From positions 512,001 to 576,000 of the forward strand of contig CAXXWC010000019.1 of the NCBI GenBank assembly GCA_963668645.2: 64,000 nucleotides of DNA, read 5' to 3'. Of this stretch, positions 20,774 through 29,807 are shown one piece after another (within the stretch, counting starts at the first letter, position 1; each line of letters begins with the position of its first letter). The position numbers and the translations under genes were made by a program. This DNA is from Desulfobacterales bacterium. GTDB lineage: Bacteria; Desulfobacterota; Desulfobacteria; Desulfobacterales; UBA2174. The notes beneath the pieces are model-generated. The model was not told the origin of the DNA. It saw nothing but the letters and a program-made list of their open reading frames with translations, and did not search any database.

Positions 20774-22045
20774 ATGAACGGCTGCCGCTTTTACCGCTTT
20801 GCCACCTACGAAGCTCGCGAAAAGGCGTTTCGGCGTCTGGCCGGAGGGATCCTGCCGCGCCATTACGGCGGTCCCCGTGTCTTCTGGTCCGATTTGCACC
20901 AGGCGGCGCGCGAGGGGCTCGGAAGCGCCGACGCCGGGCTGCTGGCCCGGATCACGGCCAATCCGCGCGACTGCCTGGCGTTCGGATCGGCCCACCAGGT
21001 GCTTGTGGCCGCGTCCATGACCGGGCAGGCCCCGGGACCCGCCACCGGGCGGACCGCCGATCTGGCCCGAATTTTCGGGATCGACCATCTGCTGCGCCAG
21101 CCGATCCGCACCCTTTCCGGGGGCGAAACCGTTCTGGTGGCCCTGGCCAAGGCCGCAGCCCTGCTGCCGGCGGCCCGCGGCCTGGTCATTGCCAGTCCGT
21201 TTACCTGGCTGAGCCGCGAAAATCAGCCCTATCTTGAAACTCTCCTGGCGTACTACGACCGGCATCAGGCCGCGACAACCGTCCTTCTGCTGGACGGCGA
21301 GGACGATGATCGGCCGGCACCGCCGCCGGACCTGCCCGCCGGTCCGGATTTCGGTCTTTTTTTCGAAGGGGTGAAAACCCCGCTGAGTCCTTCATTGGGC
21401 GTGGCGGGCCGGTTGCCGGCAATGGCTGCCATCGGCGACTCGGCCATCCGGCTCAAGTCGCCTTGCCTGATCGCGGGGGCCAACGGCCAGGGCAAGAGCC
21501 TGCTGGCCAAAGTCCTCGCGGGAGCCGTCCCCTTCAAGGGCCGGGTTGGGCTGGAGGCCGGAGGCGGTCCGGGCACGGTGCGGCTCCTTTTCCAGGATGT
21601 GATGACCCAGACCCTGCTGCGGGATCCGGCGGCCCTGGCCGCGGCGGGAGCCGGCCCGCATAAGGACGATCCATTGCGCATGGCTGCGGCGCTTGAAGCA
21701 GAATTCGAGGTCCGGCGAAAAGAGGCGGCAGAAGAAACTGCCACCGGCCCCGGCGCGCCGAGCCTGCGCCGCGTCAAGACGATGCTGGCGGCCACGCGCC
21801 TTTGCACCCGGCCTGCGGCCCTGATCCTCGACGAGCCGGACTGGGGTCTGAGCCGGCAAGATGCCATCGCCTGGGTCCAGGCGGTGATCACCGCAGCCCA
21901 TCGCCAGGGGACGGCTGTGATGCTCATCTCCCATAAATCCTGGTGGCCGGCCGTCTGCGCCAGTACCCTGAGGGTCTTTTGCCAACGGGACGTCACCGGC
22001 CCGCAAACCGGCTTGCAGATCCGGCTGGAAGGTGCCGCATGCTGA
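20774..22045 (+). CDS. Divergent double-NBD ABC ATPase, probable ECF A component
   Basis: LSGGE in the N-half; GANGQGKS, LFQD, LILDEP, ISH in the C-half. Confidence 0.65.
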   Translation: MNGCRFYRFATYEAREKAFRRLAGGILPRHYGGPRVFWSDLHQAAREGLGSADAGLLARITANPRDCLAFGSAHQVLVAASMTGQAPGPATGRTADLARIFGIDHLLRQPIRTLSGGETVLVALAKAAALLPAARGLVIASPFTWLSRENQPYLETLLAYYDRHQAATTVLLLDGEDDDRPAPPPDLPAGPDFGLFFEGVKTPLSPSLGVAGRLPAMAAIGDSAIRLKSPCLIAGANGQGKSLLAKVLAGAVPFKGRVGLEAGGGPGTVRLLFQDVMTQTLLRDPAALAAAGAGPHKDDPLRMAAALEAEFEVRRKEAAEETATGPGAPSLRRVKTMLAATRLCTRPAALILDEPDWGLSRQDAIAWVQAVITAAHRQGTAVMLISHKSWWPAVCASTLRVFCQRDVTGPQTGLQIRLEGAAC

Positions 22046-22701
22046 GATGGCAGGCGCGCATGGCGCTTTTGCTGGCCGCCTCGGTACCGGCCTTCAGCGG
22101 GTGGCCGCTGGGCCGTTTTGCATCCCCGGTGCTTTCAGGCCTGAGCCTCGGATGGTTGGGCTATCTCGTGCTGGTCCATCTTCTGGTGGCGTTGTGCAGC
22201 GGCCGGCGCCGCTACGCCGATATTCTGGCCATGGCGGCCCTGATCACCACCCCGGTGGTCTACGCAGGGGCGGCGGTGGCCTATGCCTGGGACCTGATCA
22301 GCGGCGCCGTACCCGGCTCGGCCGGCGCGCACTACCTTAGCCTTTGCGTAACCATGCTCACCGTGGTGCCCCTGGCCCTGGCTCTGGTGGCCCAAATCCC
22401 TTTTCAGCGCATCGAGCAGGGTCTGCTGGAGGACGGCCGGGGGGTGGGGCGGCGCCAAAAGGCCGAATTGATGATCCTGCGGGTTTTTACGCATATCGTC
22501 TATTTCGTGGTGCCCGACATTCTCGAAGTGGTGCGCGAAGAGCGTGTCGGCACTGCGGCGCCCGCCGGCCGCATCGGCCGGCTGCGGCGCTCTCTGATCG
22601 ATCTTGCCGCGGCGGCGATCTGCGCCTCGATCCGCCACATCCCCTTGTGGGCAGTGGAAATCGCCGCCTTGCCAGAGCCGGCGCCGAAAAAAAAGCGTTG
22701 A
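22039..22701 (+). CDS. Membrane protein, possible divergent ECF T component
   Basis: About 4 hydrophobic segments plus an Arg-rich cytoplasmic tail; overlaps the ATPase stop; lies next to an S component. Confidence 0.5.
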   Translation: MLRWQARMALLLAASVPAFSGWPLGRFASPVLSGLSLGWLGYLVLVHLLVALCSGRRRYADILAMAALITTPVVYAGAAVAYAWDLISGAVPGSAGAHYLSLCVTMLTVVPLALALVAQIPFQRIEQGLLEDGRGVGRRQKAELMILRVFTHIVYFVVPDILEVVREERVGTAAPAGRIGRLRRSLIDLAAAAICASIRHIPLWAVEIAALPEPAPKKKR

Positions 22702-22803
22702 CCGGCAACGGACAACGGCAAGCCGGTGATATAGGCGATGGCCAGCCCGCTTACGGTTTGCAATAACTCGCCGAATCGGCGAAAATAGGGAGAACAGCAC
22801 CCA

Positions 22804-23346
22804 GTGAAGGAAAGATCGGAAGCCCAACGGTTGTTTCATATCGGCATCATCGCCGCCTTTGCCACCCTGGCCTTCGTCGGCACCCTGGCCATCCGGGTGC
22901 CGATCCCGGCCAGCGGCGGCTATTTCAACCTGGGCGACACCTTCGTGATGGTTGCGGCCCTGCTTTACGGACCGGCCGCCGGCGCCCTGGTGGGCATGAT
23001 CGGGCCGGCGGCGGCCGATGCTGTCGGGTTTCCCCAGTTTGTCCTGGCCACGGCAGTGGTCAAGGCCATCGAGGGATGGATCGTCGCCGCCATCGGTTTT
23101 CGCCGCTCGCCGCCGCGCCAGGTGGCGGGCCTTGCGGCCGGGATACTGGCGCTGGTGGGCGGCTACTATATTTTCGAAGCCATAGTCTATCCACTGCTGG
23201 CCGAAACGGTCCCTTTTTTCGCGGTCACCGATCCCAGGGCAGCCCTGGCGGAAATCTTTCCCAATCTGGTCCAGGGCGCCATCAGCGCGGTGCTGGCCTT
23301 CGGCATTCAGCGGGTTTTCAACCGGCCCGGAGGCGACCTGGATTGA
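22804..23346 (+). CDS. ECF transporter S component
   Basis: IRVPIPASGGYFNLGD..ALLYGP..G..G.A.AD. Confidence 0.85.
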   Translation: MKERSEAQRLFHIGIIAAFATLAFVGTLAIRVPIPASGGYFNLGDTFVMVAALLYGPAAGALVGMIGPAAADAVGFPQFVLATAVVKAIEGWIVAAIGFRRSPPRQVAGLAAGILALVGGYYIFEAIVYPLLAETVPFFAVTDPRAALAEIFPNLVQGAISAVLAFGIQRVFNRPGGDLD

Positions 23347-23436
23347 TCAGCGACTTTTTTCGCCGTCCGGCCCTTTGAGCTTTCACCAAAGCTGCACGCT
23401 TTTCTATGCGGCTGGCGGCACCCGGAAATTGAAACG

Positions 23437-24666
23437 ATGAGTTGGTACTACAAAGACGGAGAACGCGAGGTGGGGCCGATTTCCAAGGCCCAGCTGGTGG
23501 CCCTGGTCAAAGCCGGAGGCATCAAAGGAAGCACTGCGGTGCGCCACACCAGCATGTCCGCCTACCGGCCCCTGGCCGAGATGGTGCGCAAAAAGCCGCC
23601 CCAAGCCCCCCCTCCCCCGCCGCCACCGCCGCCGCCCGAGCGGCGTGAAGCACCCGCCGCGCCTCTTCCCCCGCCTCCGGACCCGGTGCAGCCTTTCCAA
23701 TTCGAAGGCACCGGCGGGGCTTACTTCAGGATCTGGATCGTCAACACCCTGCTGTCCATCGTCACCCTGGGCATCTATTCGGCCTGGGCAAAGGTGCGCC
23801 GCAAGCAGTTTTTCTACAGCCATACCCGGGTGGCCGGTTCGGCCTTCGCCTACCTGGCCGACCCGATCAAGATCCTCAAAGGCCGGATCATCGTCTTTGC
23901 CGGCTTTTTCGTCTATTCGACGGTCCAGAAGTTCTTTCCGCCCGCCGGCCTGGTGATGACGGCGTGCCTGGCCGTTTTGCTGCCCTGGTTCGTGGTCCGC
24001 TCCCTGGCCTTTAATTCCCGCAACAGCGCCTGGCGCCATGTGCGCTTCAACTTCAAAGGGACTTACGGCCAGGCGGCCCTGGTCTACCTGCTCTGGCCCC
24101 TTCTGGCCGTTTTGACCCTCGGCCTGCTTTTTCCCTACGCCTACTACCGCCAGCGACGATTCGTCGTCGAAAATTCGGCCTTCGGCACGACGACCTTCGC
24201 CTTTCACGCCCGGGCCCGGGACTATTACCGGATCTGGCTCTATTTTCTGCCGGCCCTGATCGGTGCCGCACTGGTGGCGGGCGCGGTATCCTGGCTGGCC
24301 CCGGCGGCGGCCCCGGCGGTCATCGCGCTGGTGGCGGCCCTGACCTACCTCTATGCCCTGGCCTATTTCAGCGTGACTGCGAACAACCTGCTTTTCAACT
24401 CGGCCGGCCTGCAGCACCAGCGCTTCGAGGCCGCGATGCGCGTCTGGCCCTATGCCGGCATCGTACTGACCAACACCATGGCCATCGTGGTCACCCTGGG
24501 CCTGTTTCATCCCTTTGCCCAGGTGCGTGCCTACCGTTACAAGATCACGAACCTGACCCTGCTCGGGGCCGACGGGCTCGACCGCTTCGTAGCGGACGAA
24601 ACCCGTGAGACCAGCGCCTTGGGCGACGAGCTTTCCGACTTTCTGGATTTCGACTTCGGACTGTAA
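23437..24666 (+). CDS. YjgN/DUF898 membrane protein with N-terminal GYF_2 domain and poly-Pro linker
   Basis: WYY..GP GYF_2 motif; F.GTGGAYFRIWIVN.LLSIVTLGIYSAWAKVR. Confidence 0.9.
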   Translation: MSWYYKDGEREVGPISKAQLVALVKAGGIKGSTAVRHTSMSAYRPLAEMVRKKPPQAPPPPPPPPPPERREAPAAPLPPPPDPVQPFQFEGTGGAYFRIWIVNTLLSIVTLGIYSAWAKVRRKQFFYSHTRVAGSAFAYLADPIKILKGRIIVFAGFFVYSTVQKFFPPAGLVMTACLAVLLPWFVVRSLAFNSRNSAWRHVRFNFKGTYGQAALVYLLWPLLAVLTLGLLFPYAYYRQRRFVVENSAFGTTTFAFHARARDYYRIWLYFLPALIGAALVAGAVSWLAPAAAPAVIALVAALTYLYALAYFSVTANNLLFNSAGLQHQRFEAAMRVWPYAGIVLTNTMAIVVTLGLFHPFAQVRAYRYKITNLTLLGADGLDRFVADETRETSALGDELSDFLDFDFGL

Positions 24667-24681
24667 GGAGCCGCACCGATC

Positions 24682-25710
24682 ATGATCATCCTGGATGGCA
24701 TCTGGTACGACGGTAAGACTTCAGCCCGGGTGCGGGCGGAGTTGAAGGTGCTCGACGACGCTATCTTCCAGGTCGAGGAGGTCGAAACGGGAAAAGTGCT
24801 GCGCCGGCAGCCCGGCACCGGGGTGCATGTTTCCGACCGGATAGGCGACACGCCGCGCGCTTTGACCTTTTCCGGCGGGGCGGTGTTCGAAACCGAAGCC
24901 AATGCGGCCGTGGACCGGGTCCTGGCCGGAATGCGGCGCCAGCGCCGGTCCCGTTGGGTTCACGGCCTCGAATCGAAAAAACGCCACGTAATGATCGCAG
25001 GGCTGCTGGTGCTGCTGATCGGCGCGGGGTTGGTGCGCTACGGAATTCCCGCCACGGCCCGCCTGCTGGCCGCGGTGCTGCCCCATTCGCTTTACGAAAA
25101 TGCCGACCGCCAGACCCTGGCCCTGCTCGACCGTGCCCTAGTGAAGGAATCGGAACTGGGGCCGGAGGTTCAGCAGCGGGTTCGGCAGCACCTGCAGCCC
25201 ATCGTGGACGAACATCCGGATCTGGGTCTGAACATCGTTTTTCGCAAAGGCGGCCGGCTCGGCCCCAACGCCTTTGCCCTGCCCGGCGGCACCATCCTGT
25301 TCACCGATGAAATGATCACGATAGCCGAACACGACGACGAACTTACGGCCGTCATGGCCCACGAGACCGGCCATGTAGCTCACCGCCATGCCATGCGCCG
25401 CATAGTCCAGGATTCGCTGCTCTCCTTTACCCTGCTGGCCCTGACCGGCGATGCCTCGGGGGCCGCGGAGCTTTTCCTGGGCCTGCCCGTAATGCTCACC
25501 GAACTGGCCTATTCGCGCCAATTCGAACGCGACGCGGACCGCTACGCCCTCGACTACCTGCACCGCCACCGGATCCCGGCCTCGCACTTCGCCGACCTGC
25601 TGGAGCGCATCGAGCAGCGCCGTAAACACCAGAAAAGCCCCAAAGAAGGCTGGAGCGGATATCTGGCCACCCATCCGTCCACCCCGGAACGCATTCGGGA
25701 GTTTCGCTGA
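24682..25710 (+). CDS. M48 family metallopeptidase
   Basis: PNAFALPGG, AHETGH, YSRQFERDAD, THP; usual partner of YjgN. Confidence 0.92.
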   Translation: MIILDGIWYDGKTSARVRAELKVLDDAIFQVEEVETGKVLRRQPGTGVHVSDRIGDTPRALTFSGGAVFETEANAAVDRVLAGMRRQRRSRWVHGLESKKRHVMIAGLLVLLIGAGLVRYGIPATARLLAAVLPHSLYENADRQTLALLDRALVKESELGPEVQQRVRQHLQPIVDEHPDLGLNIVFRKGGRLGPNAFALPGGTILFTDEMITIAEHDDELTAVMAHETGHVAHRHAMRRIVQDSLLSFTLLALTGDASGAAELFLGLPVMLTELAYSRQFERDADRYALDYLHRHRIPASHFADLLERIEQRRKHQKSPKEGWSGYLATHPSTPERIREFR

Positions 25711-25976
25711 GTAAAATCTCCAGAATCCAGGGACTGAAGAAAACACGCCAGAAGATCCCCGGTGCCGGCAGCATCCGCCAGCCTGAAACCGGTGTGACAA
25801 CGGCTGTTTTCAAGCAGGAAGGCCATACCAATTTAATACTTGCCTTAAGTAATTTCCTGAACTAACAAACAATCAATCCTGTCGAACAAGATAAATCCGG
25901 TGGCCTGCGGCGCGGATACCGCCCAACAGCCGTACCGGCCGGTCACCGCTTCTGCTGAACAATCAGGGAAACACGA

Positions 25977-28559
25977 ATGCCGGGTTACCACCGTTTCTTT
26001 GAGCAGTTGTCGGGAGCGCGCCTGAGGTCCCATGCCTGGCAGGCCGCGCTGGCCTCATCAAGTGCCTGCGCCAATCGGCTGATCCGCATCCCCACCGGCT
26101 TTGGCAAAACCCTCGGCGTGCTCGGGGCCTGGGCCTGGCATCGGATTCACAGAAAGGATGATAGCTGGCCGCGACGCCTGGTCTGGTGCCTGCCCATGGG
26201 CGTCCTCACCGAGCAGATCGCGCTGGAAATGCGCCGTGCACTGCGTGCCTTGGGCGCCCTCTGGCAGGGCGGATCCCATGCGGATCGTGTCGGCGTTCAC
26301 CTGCTCGGGGGCGGGGTCGATTCCGGCAACTGGCAGCTGCACCCCGAAGCATGTGCGGTCCTGGTCGGCACCCAAAAGATGCTCCTTTCCCGTGCCATGA
26401 ACCGTGGCTACGCAGTTCCCCGCTCACTCTGGCCGGTTGAGTTCGGCCTGCTCAACCAGGATTGTCTCTGGGTTATGGACGAAGTCCAGTTGATGGATGT
26501 GGGGTTTGCCACATCGATCCAGATTCAGGCCTTACGAGACGAGGATAGATCCTGTGGCCGCACCCTGCGGCCGTGTTTCTCCTGGTGGATGAGCGCCACG
26601 CTGCAGTCCGCCTGGCTGTCGAAAAGTCCGGATACATCCACGATGGCCCGGCAACTGGCAGCACCGTTGGCCATCGACCCCGCAGACCGCCACGGCCGCC
26701 TGTGGGACGATGTGTCCAAACCCTGTTGCCGGAAAGTCATACGCCACGAAGCCGAGATGCCCCGGCTCATCGCCGGCGAATACATCGATACCGGAGCCGT
26801 TCACAACGGTCCGGCCCTGGTGGTGGTCAATACGGTGGACCGGGCGATCCGCCTGTACCAGGCCCTGCTGGGGGAAAAGCGCCTGAAGGACGAAGGAATC
26901 GAGATCCGCCTGCTCCACAGCCGCTTTCGACCGGCCGAGCGCCGTTGCTGGCAAAAATCGATCCTTCACCGCAATGCCTGCTCCCCGGGTGCAAAACGCA
27001 TCATCGTGACCACCCGGGTCATCGAGGCGGGAACGGACATGTCGGCGGCCCTGCTGGTCACCGAACTGGCCCCCTGGCCACACCTGGTGCAGCGTTTCGG
27101 CCGCTGCGCCCGCTGGGGTGGAAGGGGCCGCATCCTGGTTGCCGATCTGCCGGAAGAACAACCCTCGCCGGCCCGGCAATGGCCCCGGACGGAACTCCAG
27201 GCGGCCCGCCAGGCCCTCGGCCACCTTGAAGACGTATCCCCGTTGAACCTGGAGGCCTTCGAGGAAAACCATCCCCGGCTGCACTGCCGGCTCTATCCCT
27301 TTAAGCCCGCGCGCCTGCTGCTGCGCCAGGACCTTGAACGGCTCTTCGACACCACGCCGCGCTTTTGTGAGGCGGATGTCGATGTCAGCCGCTGGATACA
27401 CTCAAGTGAAGAAAGCAATCTTTACGTTTTCTGGGCTCCGGTGGCCGGGGGGCGGAATCCTGGCTCCGGTCTCCGGCCGTCCGGGGATGCGCTTTGCGCC
27501 GTACCGGTTTCCGCCGCCCAGACCTGGCTTTGCGGCAACGCAGATAAGACGCCAAAGGGGTCCCGGCTCAAGGAAAAGATGCGTGCCTGGGTCTGGGACC
27601 GGGCTGGGGGAAAATGGCGCAGGGCCCGAAGACAGGATCTAAATCCCGGCCAGACGGTGCTGGTCGCCGCAGATTGCGGGGGATATGATCCTGAAAAAGG
27701 GTGGTGGCCAGCTGGCCAGGCGGTTGTCCCAGCGGTCGAGGCCGCCCCGCCGGAGCCCATACCCGCCGCGGACGGCGCCTTGGAAAACGAGCCGCCGGGC
27801 AGCCCTGACCAGCGGCAGATCATCGCCGTGCACGGCCGCAGGGTCGGCCGGCTCGCCCGGACGCTGATGTCACTGATGGCACCTGCCTACGCCGACCTTT
27901 TCGACCTGGCCGGCCGCCTGCACGACTGGGGAAAGGCGCATCCGGCCTTCAACGCTTCCATCACAGACCCCGAGCGGATCGGCCTTTGCCATGAAGCGGC
28001 CAGCGCCCTGGCACTTTTGACGCTGCTGCAACGGATTGATCCGTATCATCCGGCCCTGCTCGGCCCCTGGCGGGAGCTGTTCGCGGCGACCGGCTCTCCC
28101 GCCTTGCCCCCGCACGGTCATCCCGCACCGGCCACCCCCATCGAACGAGAGCTTCTCGCTCTGGAGGAAATCGGCTTCCACCTGGCGGCCTTCCTCGTAT
28201 GCGCCCAACATGGCAGGGCGCGTATGGCGTGGTACACCGCCCCGGCCGGCCGATGCGCCGAAGACGACCGCCCCCTGATCTTGGGCCTGAAAAACGGCGA
28301 TGAAATCCCTGTCGTCACCCTGGCTGACGCCCAGGGGGGCTTCCATGTCCTTCCCGGGTTTACCGTCGACCTTGCACCGGCCCTCTCCGGCCTTAATCCC
28401 AAAACCGGTATGGGCTGGACCGAACGGGTCATCAGACTGCTCGACGCTTTCGGGCCGTTCACCCTGGCCTGGTTCGAGGCCGTGTTCCGCGCCGCGGACC
28501 AGAGGGCCTCGATCCTTGAAGGAGCCGCTGAGCAGGCAATGGCGGGGAAAGCACGATAA
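25977..28559 (+). CDS. cas3: Stand-alone type I-G-like Cas3 (helicase + C-terminal HD), divergent
   Basis: IPTGFGKT, PRRLVWCLP, LSRAMNRGY, DEVQL, MSAT, LHSRFR, QRFGR; HD-region H, HDWGK, HE, QHG, RAADQRAS. Confidence 0.85.
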   Translation: MPGYHRFFEQLSGARLRSHAWQAALASSSACANRLIRIPTGFGKTLGVLGAWAWHRIHRKDDSWPRRLVWCLPMGVLTEQIALEMRRALRALGALWQGGSHADRVGVHLLGGGVDSGNWQLHPEACAVLVGTQKMLLSRAMNRGYAVPRSLWPVEFGLLNQDCLWVMDEVQLMDVGFATSIQIQALRDEDRSCGRTLRPCFSWWMSATLQSAWLSKSPDTSTMARQLAAPLAIDPADRHGRLWDDVSKPCCRKVIRHEAEMPRLIAGEYIDTGAVHNGPALVVVNTVDRAIRLYQALLGEKRLKDEGIEIRLLHSRFRPAERRCWQKSILHRNACSPGAKRIIVTTRVIEAGTDMSAALLVTELAPWPHLVQRFGRCARWGGRGRILVADLPEEQPSPARQWPRTELQAARQALGHLEDVSPLNLEAFEENHPRLHCRLYPFKPARLLLRQDLERLFDTTPRFCEADVDVSRWIHSSEESNLYVFWAPVAGGRNPGSGLRPSGDALCAVPVSAAQTWLCGNADKTPKGSRLKEKMRAWVWDRAGGKWRRARRQDLNPGQTVLVAADCGGYDPEKGWWPAGQAVVPAVEAAPPEPIPAADGALENEPPGSPDQRQIIAVHGRRVGRLARTLMSLMAPAYADLFDLAGRLHDWGKAHPAFNASITDPERIGLCHEAASALALLTLLQRIDPYHPALLGPWRELFAATGSPALPPHGHPAPATPIERELLALEEIGFHLAAFLVCAQHGRARMAWYTAPAGRCAEDDRPLILGLKNGDEIPVVTLADAQGGFHVLPGFTVDLAPALSGLNPKTGMGWTERVIRLLDAFGPFTLAWFEAVFRAADQRASILEGAAEQAMAGKAR

Positions 28560-28649
28560 AAGCTTAAGTCTCGTTAAAAAACTGCCGGAACCGAGCGTCT
28601 GGACAAACAGGCAGCCTTCGCGCTACGAAAACAAAATTAAATTCTTGCC

Positions 28650-29666
28650 TTGAAACCCAAAAAGCGAGGCACTGCCGTGGGCGACTTTCTCTATCTGGAA
28701 CGTTTCCGCTGGTTCGACCGGGAACTGCAGCGAGGCCACTTTCCGAATGCCGCCAGCCTGGCCGAGAACTTCGAGCTGTCGCGAAAACAGGCCCAACGCA
28801 CCATCACCCATTTCCGGGACCGCTTTGGTGCACCCCTCGACTATGATGCCCGGCACCGGGGCTACCGCTACCGGGACGACAGCTTCGAACTGCCCCGCCT
28901 GCCGGCCACCCAGGAAGAGCTGCTGGCCGTGCTGCTGGCGCACCGGCTGCTGCGCCACGCCGACGGCGGCCATATCAGCAACCAGATCCAACGGTTCGGC
29001 CGCAAACTGCTCGCTCATCTCGATCATCGCCTCTCTTTCGAGATCCTGGAGCAGTCTTTTTCCGCAGACTGGCACGGCCACAGCCCCATCGACGCCAAGC
29101 TGTTCCGCCTGGTATGCGATGCCCTGCTCAAGCACCGACTGCTACGCTTCGACTACCGCTCGCCGCGCACCGGCGAGACGACCCACCGCACGGTGGAACC
29201 CCATCATCTGCAGCACTACCAGGCAAGCTGGGTGCTCGTCGCGTACTGCCGGCTCCGAGGCCGCTTCCGCAAGTTCTTTCTGGCCCGCATGCGCCGGCCC
29301 CGGATGCTGCCCACCACCTTCACCCCCCGCCCCCCGGAGCAATGGCAAGCCTACTGCAAAGGGGCCTTCGGCATTTTTCAAGGCAAACGCCACGTCCGGG
29401 TCACCCTGAAATTCAACGCCCACCGATCCCGCTGGGTGCGCGAGCAATTCTGGCACCCCCGGCAACAGATCCAGGAACAGTTGGACGGCGGCTTGACCAT
29501 CAGCTTCCCGGTGGCCGATTTTCGCGAGATCAAGCTGGAAATCCTCAGATTCGGCGCCGACTGCGAGGTCCTCGTCCCTGAGGCGCTACGCCAGGAGATT
29601 CAAGAAGAAATCGGCCGCATGGCGGAGGTCTATGCGGATGGTGGCGATAAAAAACATACAATCTAA
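28650..29666 (+). CDS. HTH-WYL-WCX transcriptional regulator
   Basis: N-terminal HTH (LAENFELSRKQAQR), RTVEPHHL..WVLVAYCRLR..RKFFLAR, WCX-like C-terminus. Confidence 0.92.
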   Translation: MKPKKRGTAVGDFLYLERFRWFDRELQRGHFPNAASLAENFELSRKQAQRTITHFRDRFGAPLDYDARHRGYRYRDDSFELPRLPATQEELLAVLLAHRLLRHADGGHISNQIQRFGRKLLAHLDHRLSFEILEQSFSADWHGHSPIDAKLFRLVCDALLKHRLLRFDYRSPRTGETTHRTVEPHHLQHYQASWVLVAYCRLRGRFRKFFLARMRRPRMLPTTFTPRPPEQWQAYCKGAFGIFQGKRHVRVTLKFNAHRSRWVREQFWHPRQQIQEQLDGGLTISFPVADFREIKLEILRFGADCEVLVPEALRQEIQEEIGRMAEVYADGGDKKHTI

Positions 29667-29718
29667 ACAGCAGGTTATCTACGAAGTACCTAAAAAGTGA
29701 GCCGGTGCGAAAAAACCG

Positions 29719-29759
29719 GGGACATAGGACGTTAGATGTCCCATCAGGGATGGTAGAGT
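29719..29759 (+). promoter_or_regulatory. Palindromic operator plus extended -10 upstream of the cas operon
   Basis: GGGACAT-N10-ATGTCCC (29719-29742); TGgTAGAGT at 29751-29759. Confidence 0.55.
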
Positions 29760-29807
29760 GGGGATACTCATAAATCGTACAATCGAAGGAGTCAACGAGG
29801 CATAGCC

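Noticed and set aside
23595..23680. C-rich repeat-like DNA
   Set aside because: Encodes the poly-proline linker of the YjgN protein
25711..25976. Mini-array or repeat-derived regulatory RNA near the stand-alone cas3
   Set aside because: No recognisable copy of the CRISPR repeat found by eye here or at 28560-28649 and 29667-29807
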